Part shown: positions 56,997 to 64,000 of the stretch, in pieces
Position numbering within the stretch: position 1 is the first letter of the stretch
Layout of the letters: the number at the start of each line of letters is the position of its first letter
Source of the DNA: Podarcis tiliguerta
Lineage: Eukaryota
DNA: 64,000 bases
Direction: 5' to 3' (one strand)
NCBI GenBank assembly: GCA_965153285.1
Contig: OZ229112.1
The notes under the pieces: generated by a model
Database searches by the model: none
Seen by the model: the letters and a program-made list of their open reading frames with translations, nothing else
Told to the model about the DNA's origin: nothing
Position numbers and translations under genes: made by a program

Positions 56997-59900
56997 CTAC
57001 GGAGACAAGAAAAAGGACGTTATCTCCTAACTAAGAGAACCACTGAGTTAATAGGTTGGACAGATGGATGAAGCAGTTATGTGGAAGGCACTATTTGCCC
57101 AGCTCTAACTTCCTGTCCTGGCACAACATGTCATTAAAAGCATCTTTCAAACCACCAGCCACCTATAAATTCAAAAGATCCATTTGTGTCCCAATAACCA
57201 AGGAAAAAATGTGGTTCTGCCCCCCTGCCTTGGCTCTGGGCCTGACAAACAAGGCCCCTTCAGAAGAAACAGGGAGAAGCATACGCTCAAACTTGAACAT
57301 TAAACAAGAGAGCCTTGCTGGTGCATGTTAGGCCAGCACAATGCTATTGATTAGTGGAAAAAATTAGCTGGTGGCTGCGCTGAATCGAGTGACCAGCCCC
57401 CACTACTAGAATCCGAGGCTCCCAGGAAGCATGTAGTAATTATAGGGCACTGCCTTGGCAGCCTGCCCCAGACTAAGAATCAATTGCCATCCTGGCACTT
57501 GCCGGCTCCGCAGACAAAAGCAGCCTGACACTCCCACTGCTCCTGAAACCACCTCAAGCCCATTGCATCAAGGAACATGGAGGTGGTCCAACTGCATCAG
57601 AACCGTGCTGTTAATGTAGAGGAGCAGCATCCCACTCCTCCCAGGGTTGAGCAGCTGCAGAACTGTGCCCTGGGCTTAGGCGTATACTCCACAGGACCTT
57701 AGATATACCTCTGCCCCATGGATTGACAGCAAGGAACTGGATTAGAAGGAGGGGCTTAGCTACACGGCCTTCTACATTTCCATGCTAAGTTCAGGCAAAG
57801 ACCTCAGCCTTGCTTCATGAATGCATGGATTGTCAGGTGAGGGACACACCAAGTACTCATTTGTATGGCAGGAGATGCATAAGAAATTCAGTGGGAGATT
57901 TTGCCCTAAATTGCCTAACTGGCTTTGGCAATGAATGAACAAATGAATTCCAGTCCTCAAGAGACTTGAGCAACCCCATAGTCCTTAGCAAGCACCTCTT
58001 TTTCTGTGTCCCATCACAACCAGTAATATGGACCTTGCAGGTGCAATCCTTTATAGGACCATCAGAGCACTTTGCTTGAAAGGCAAGAACATTCCTTTTT
58101 CTCTTTTTTGCTGAAGTCCAAGCCTCAGTGTTTTCCACAGTCAATACAGCAGGGAGGCAACTGTATGAATTTTGTATCTTGTACAGTTTCTGGCATTTAA
58201 CATGCTGCCTACCTATACTGACGCTTTGCAATGAGAAGAGGCACAGACTTGGTAGGACATAAATCCAGTTAAGGTAGAGGAGGTTGTATTCAATAGCACT
58301 AAAATGAATGCTCTGTCAGTACAAGGTTACTCCTTGCCAATGTAAACCTCCTCCGCCTTCTTTGCCTGACTGCTACTGGTGTCCAGGAGCCTGTTTTGAG
58401 CATATAATGCATGCAAAGCACACATGGGTACAAAAAAGCTGCAATCTATACAAGTATATGCCCATTATAAGATGTGCTGAACTCTGGGATAGCTGTGGGA
58501 TGATAAACTGACATGCCAAGTGGCCCTAAAGATGGGGCTGGGCACCACATCACAACAGTCTTAAGAGACCTTCTATCTTCCTGAAGGCTAGAAACCACCC
58601 AAGGGTTGCCAGCCATCCCAGCCCACCTAGTCTCTTTTATTTTCTCTCCTGACACTACACAAAACTTCCTCCATCATGATGAGTCAAGAGCACCTGGAGT
58701 TAACAGCCTTCTCCATTCATTCACTAACTCCTTTGTCGCAACGGGGAAGAAAGAGATGATTCAGCAGGAGACCTGCAATTCTCTGGGCTCTGTTGAGGGC
58801 CCTAACAGGCTATGAAGCTCAAGACTGGTGTAGCAATGACAACAACCTCCCTCCTTCCCACCTACAGAAACGCAGCTGAGGAACAATGAGAAGACAAGAT
58901 GACAAGGCACTCATTGTCTTTTGTTGTCCCCCATGGGAGTCCCTGCAGAATGAGGAAAAGCAGTTCCTCCCACGCTTTCTATGTATTGGATGAGAGAGAA
59001 GCCTGGAACAAGGTTCCCCCAACCAACCACCCCGCTCAAGATTTCCACTCACATCAGCAAACTTGTGGTTCCGAAAGTGAGACTTGTTGCACTTCAGGAG
59101 CTGCACTGCCAGGTTACAGTCCTGCCGATATCGCTCCTGTCAAGACAACATGCAGGGATTGGCAAATCGCATTCAGAGATGCCCCAAGACATTTTGGGGC
59201 CTGAGGCAAAAAATGAAAAAGACCCCCCAAAAAGTTGCTCCATGGTGATACCTGCGGGCTTATTGGTACCTCAGAATCTGCCACTTTAAAGAAAGCCAGC
59301 TGACTTAGGCTAGCAGTAGGAATGGTTCTGATTACATCACATAAAATAATAATAGTAATAACAACAACAATAGCAATAATAATAATAGCAATAATAATCC
59401 TCTCTGCCAGCCCTGTAAAATGATCTAGGTTCTAACTCACATTCATCTGGACAGAAGAAAATGCTGTAAGATTTGAAGCAGAGCACCCTCCCAAATCTAT
59501 CCTGTATGTCTGTTAAGTTTTACAGACTTACTGAATTTAAACAACACCCCCCTGCTTTTATGCTGTATTTCACGTCCATCCACAACCAGAGTATTTGAGT
59601 TTAAACAAGATTTAAGCTCATCTGAGTCAACGAAACCTAGTATTATTCCAATCCAAATGTTCTGGATTAAAATGGCTCATGAACTGGTCAGTAAGAGTAG
59701 GGACACACAGATCTTGCTTTCTTAAGTCAAGCAGCCTGAGCATTTTATTCTACTGAAGATGCCTCTTTGCTGTTCATCCCTTGAAAGTCTTAAGATAAAA
59801 CAGAGGATTTTCAGTACTGAGCTGCCCAAAAAATGTGGGATAATCTCACTACCATTGCACCAAAATGAATGAAGGAGAAAAAGATGCCCATTTATTGTTA

Positions 59901-62900
59901 AAGATAATATTCCTAGACAGCAGGTGTGCTAAGGAAACAGTTCTTCCCATCCAGCATAAGAAACCTACATCAGAGCTTTCCAAACTGTGTGTCGCGACAT
60001 GTTAGTGGCGGCTGCAGTGTGTAGGTGTGTCACACAAACACTCCCCGCGCTCCTCCCGGGGCTGGAAAGGGGTTGGTTTAACCCCTGGTTTGCTAATAAA
60101 ACTGAATTACTGTGTCGCAAAATGATGCAAAACTGAATTAGCATGTTGCAAAATGATGCATGTCTAAAAAGTGTGTCAGCAACATGAAAAGTTTGGAAAG
60201 CTCTGACCTACATAGTCGGCAAAAGTTGCAACACCAACTGTGATTATACAGGTCCATTGTTCAGGGGAAATGAAATCTCTTAGTTCATTCCCTTTCCTTG
60301 CAGTGAATTCATAATCTGGGGGAAAGGAGTACTTACATTAAGCTCTTCCAGTTTATTGATGGTTGTTTTGGCATCCAATAGTTTATTAGTGAGCTCCACA
60401 ATCTCCCAATCAAGAGTCTTGCGATCCATTTCTGCTTTTTTAATCTGGAGTACAGGGATATATAGGGGGTGAGTCCCATTAGTCAGCAGCAGCTGGACTT
60501 CCTCCCTGCCCAATTCCCTTGAAAGAAAAAAACCCAACCCCACTCAATGCCAATAAATTCAGAGCTCCCTTTTTGCCCTTAAGCAAGGGAGGAAGATGGG
60601 GCTCAACCAGCACATGGAATCAGTCATTCTGCATCCGTTTGCTTGGAGGACTTAAGACACATTTACTAGTTATGAAAGCAATCTGCACTTGGAGACTTCA
60701 CTGGTGCAGCTGCTCTTCATAGCTATTTGGCAAGCAGATCATGCAGAGGGTGAACACTGTCCCTTAAGTAGTCAGGGTTTGGACATGCCAACAGAGACTA
60801 TTGTGAAATTGGGCTTTGAAGATGCTCCCTAGTTGTGTGAAGCCTGTTGAGAGACATCCTTAGCATACCTGTAGGGCATCCGTCACTTGGGTAGCCAGTT
60901 AAAAAACAACAACCACCGCTAGTGTAGGACCTCTTTATCCACGGGGTGGATGGCAACCGTAACAACTGGAAGAGTACACAGCCCAGCTCCCATTGAGTAA
61001 TGTGGTCTCCTAAGCAAACCTTCTCTCCCTCAGCACAGCAATTACTAACACTTTATCCTACAAAGGGTAATGGCAATACATAATCACACTTCTGACACTA
61101 TAGGCAAGGATCCAGCAATCTGCCTGCACCTCATTGATGGTAAAATATGACTGTAAAACAAACTATGCACCCCCTGCAAATTCCAATAAAATCTCAGTTT
61201 TCATTTTACCAAAGAACATGCTTCTAGCCCACACAGCTGAAGTAGGTCGGGGGAGGGGGCACCTTGGAGGAATGTGGCCAGAGTTACATACTTTAAAAAA
61301 ACCAAAGAATCGTGGCAGGTTTTCTAGCATATACAAGAGCAGCACACATTCACTCAGTGCTTGCATCATAAGCTTCAATTCCTGTTCCCCTAATTTCACC
61401 AAGCTTTTTTTTTTCCTCCTTGCAATTCCTAGCCTCCCCACCAAAAAAAGAGTGGGAGAGATTCTGCAGAATTGCCAAATTTGGAAACTTGATCAAGACA
61501 TGAGAATTTTAAGCAGAGCATACAGATACAGAGCTCTGTACATGCAAGGTGTTTTTTCTCCCTAAAAAATAAAAATAAAACTTCAGAAGCAAGAAAGTTA
61601 GAATACTGGAAATTGTGTACATTATGGAAGAGAAGCAAATGGGGGGGGGGGTTCTTATTTTGCAAAAATTATTCTGTTACTTCCAGTCACAGGGAAAGGA
61701 AGAGCTCTGTGAAGGGGAAATCCAGTTCTGGAAATTCAATAGGCATTTTCTTGCTCATTTTGAAATCTATCTTCTTCGCAGATATGCAGTCAAATACCAT
61801 GCATGTTTGCTCAGAAGTAAGTTATCACTGTCTCCAATGGGGCTTACATCAGATGAAGTGTGCATAGAACTGCAGCCGTAAGTATTAACAAGAAAGCTGA
61901 TATTCTCCGGGTGCTTATTTTCCATTCAGTGTGGTGCAATCAGAGAGTTGTAGAATACACTGCAAAAAAGGTAGGATTCAGACAAAGTTAGTTGAACTTG
62001 CATCTCCCCTGAGATCAATGGAATTTCAGTCGTGACTATCCTGTCCCATTGATTTCAATGGGCACGAAGTCCAATTAACTTTGTCTGGATCCAAGTCCCC
62101 CCCTCCAGTTACAGAAACTGGATTTAAAATGAATGGAACTGGAAACCCCTTGCTCCAAGAATCAAGGTCCCAGCCCTCTGCCTTCCCCCAGATCCTTCAT
62201 GTGATGGCTCGGGCACCAACACAGAAGAGTCCTAAGGCCATCCCACCAAACACCTGCCTCAGCAGCAAATTTCACTAGGCTCAGATAACAGCTGAACTTC
62301 CTCCACACTTGCCTTTCTGCAAGAAAAATGGAGGGCACGAATAAGCTCGGCAGGATGCAGGTAGCCTGTAAAAATGATCTGGGATGCAGATTGAGTTTGT
62401 ACTGAAATGAACGGTCCTGAGTATGAACACCTCCGTGGGACTTGTTCACTTGGTCCCTAAGAGCTATAATTAAAGAGACATATTCAAGATGCCAGGGAAG
62501 AGTTTTTCTGCTTCTCTGAAATTCAACAGAGATGAATAGGGGAATGCCACAGGGCAGAGATGGCTGAACTACCATGTCCAATTTCAGTGGCTTAAATGTT
62601 AATAGGGCACGTCTTTTTTAAAAATGCATGTTCTGCAGGAATCCATTCACAATCCACAGAGATCCCAAGTGACAAGAAGTGCCTTATAATACAAGCTGGT
62701 GGCCGACATACTAATCACTGGAGCTGCATCCAGATGACTAGAGAGGAGAACTACTCTACAGAGGGTCCCATGACTTCCAGGTTTCTCTAAGCAGAGGACA
62801 TTTCTTTCCCAAGCTAGACAATAACTGAAAGTAAGAAGGAGCAGCCCATGCTAGAACATGCGGGCCAGAACTGGTTGGATTCCCAAGGATAACCTTTCCT

Positions 62901-63596
62901 CTACAAAACCCAAGCTGCTGGGACCCCATCTAGGACAGAAGTAGGACTGAATAATGTGCGACCAACAATGAAACTGGACAGGCTGAGGCATGTGCAGAGG
63001 AGATAGAAAAACAACAACACACAAACGAAAAGACGCAACTGCAAAAATCCAGCTTTGACTGAGCGAGGCCTGAGAGGTGAGTGCACCCAGCATTTGCCAG
63101 CAGCAGCAGCATTGGAAAGAAAAGGAGAGAGAGACAGAGAGAGAAAAAGGAAAGAAAAGAAACAGCCATGAGTGTTATGAATGCACACAGTACACAAATG
63201 TTGGCTCCACTCCCACCACCCCAGGATGAGTTTTCCCCACCCGGATCCTACAAAAAGCAGCACATCAAATTTCCAGCACTCTGGGTTTTTAAAAAGCTGA
63301 TGTGAGACAAAAACTACAAGTAGCTACATTGCAGAAGAACCCAAACTCTGGTGCAGGCAACATAGACGATCTAGAATGCAAAGCTCCCTCTGGGCAACTT
63401 CATGCTGAGATTCTGCCTCAAATCCTGACTTACATCCTGGTGTTACTACACTGCAATTGGAAGTCAAGCCATTAGGCAAGAGTGTGGCCCACCCGCTCTT
63501 CCCTCTTATAGACGCAGCAGGTCAATTACCAGGGTGTGCAGCTTCTCCTCCAAATCCTGATTGGTTCTCTGTGAGGCTGTGTAACTGTTCTGCAAC
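55677..63596 (-). CDS. TJAP1: Tight junction-associated protein 1 (PILT), 3' part, 5 exons; gene continues beyond the window
   Basis: complement join(63530-63596,63040-63069,60337-60444,59053-59136,55677-56996). LQNSYTASQRTNQ..., IKKAEMDRKTLDWEIVELTNKLLDAK, RMGVHHLHRKDSLTQAQEQGNLLN*. Confidence 0.96.
59053..59136 (-). CDS. TJAP1: TJAP1 exon (ERYRQDCNLAVQLLKCNKSHFRNHKFAD)
   Basis: cag acceptor, gtgagt donor, 84 nt. Confidence 0.95.
59971..60205. mobile_element. hAT MITE, recent insertion
   Basis: Perfect 16-bp TIR CAGAGCTTTCCAAACT; perfect 8-bp TSD ACCTACAT at 59963-59970 and 60206-60213. Confidence 0.92.
60337..60444 (-). CDS. TJAP1: TJAP1 exon (IKKAEMDRK...KLEELN)
   Basis: cag acceptor, gtaagt donor, 108 nt. 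Confidence 0.95.
63040..63069 (-). CDS. TJAP1: TJAP1 30-nt cassette microexon (ASLSQSWIFA)
   Basis: ctcag acceptor, weak gttgcg donor, phase 0/0; matches the 10-aa insert I recall in the long human isoform. Confidence 0.8.
63530..63596 (-). CDS. TJAP1: TJAP1 exon (LQNSYTASQRTNQDLEEKLHTL)
   Basis: tag acceptor, gtaatt donor, 67 nt. Confidence 0.94.
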
Positions 63597-64000
63597 CTAT
63601 AGACAGACACAAGATCGTTCAGGTTACTGAAGTGACACCAGACACCCTGCAATTCAGAAGTTAGGTGAGGTGGAGATATTTCAAGAAGCCGTGTGCCATG
63701 GCTCCAAGTCATAGTTTCACACCTTCCAGTCCATAGATGAGCAGTTGACCTTTCCTTGTAGCAAGCCCAAGAAGTTTAAGTTGATGGAGGGACGTTATGT
63801 TCATGGATAGACGAGATGGAAGAAAAAGCAAGCCTGACCAACTTGCAGAGGACCAAAACTGGTCTTGGTCTCAGCCTTGGAGAAAGGGTGCTAAAGGAAT
63901 CAGAAGATTCAAAGAAGACTCCTAAACCTAGTTTTATCTAATGGGAGAGAAAGCTTTGCCAACAAGTGTCAATCCCATCGCCCTTTCTGCATTTCCCATC

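Noticed and set aside
55641-57071. Plus-strand ORFs up to 237 aa
   Set aside because: Antisense shadows of the GC-rich TJAP1 last exon

Overview
Vertebrate nuclear genomic DNA, not prokaryotic. A full-length Sauria SINE and BovB, L2, CR1 and Rex-type fragments indicate a squamate, probably a lacertid lizard. By reading splice sites and checking frame by hand I reconstructed five intron-containing genes, in the order and relative orientation known from human 6p21.1: the last 12 coding exons of XPO5 (+, 2956-12450), complete POLR1C (-, 9 exons, 344 aa), complete YIPF3 (+, 9 exons, 345 aa) sharing a ~580-bp bidirectional CpG promoter with POLR1C, complete LRRC73 (+, 6 exons, 303 aa), and the last 5 coding exons of TJAP1 (-). 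Introns hold SINEs, LINE remnants, hAT and Tc1/mariner MITEs with intact TIRs/TSDs, and microsatellites. Most ORF-track entries are spurious. I see no convincing wholly new biological system. The best leads are regulatory: a U12-type intron in XPO5, a 30-nt TJAP1 microexon with motif-rich flanks, face-to-face poly(A) signals between XPO5 and POLR1C, a consensus RFX X-box in LRRC73 intron 3, an ATTGCAC/TTGCAC cluster upstream of the LRRC73 ATG, a 26-bp hairpin at a BovB junction, and an unidentified exon-like segment in an XPO5 intron. Protein and repeat identities come from recall, not database searches.
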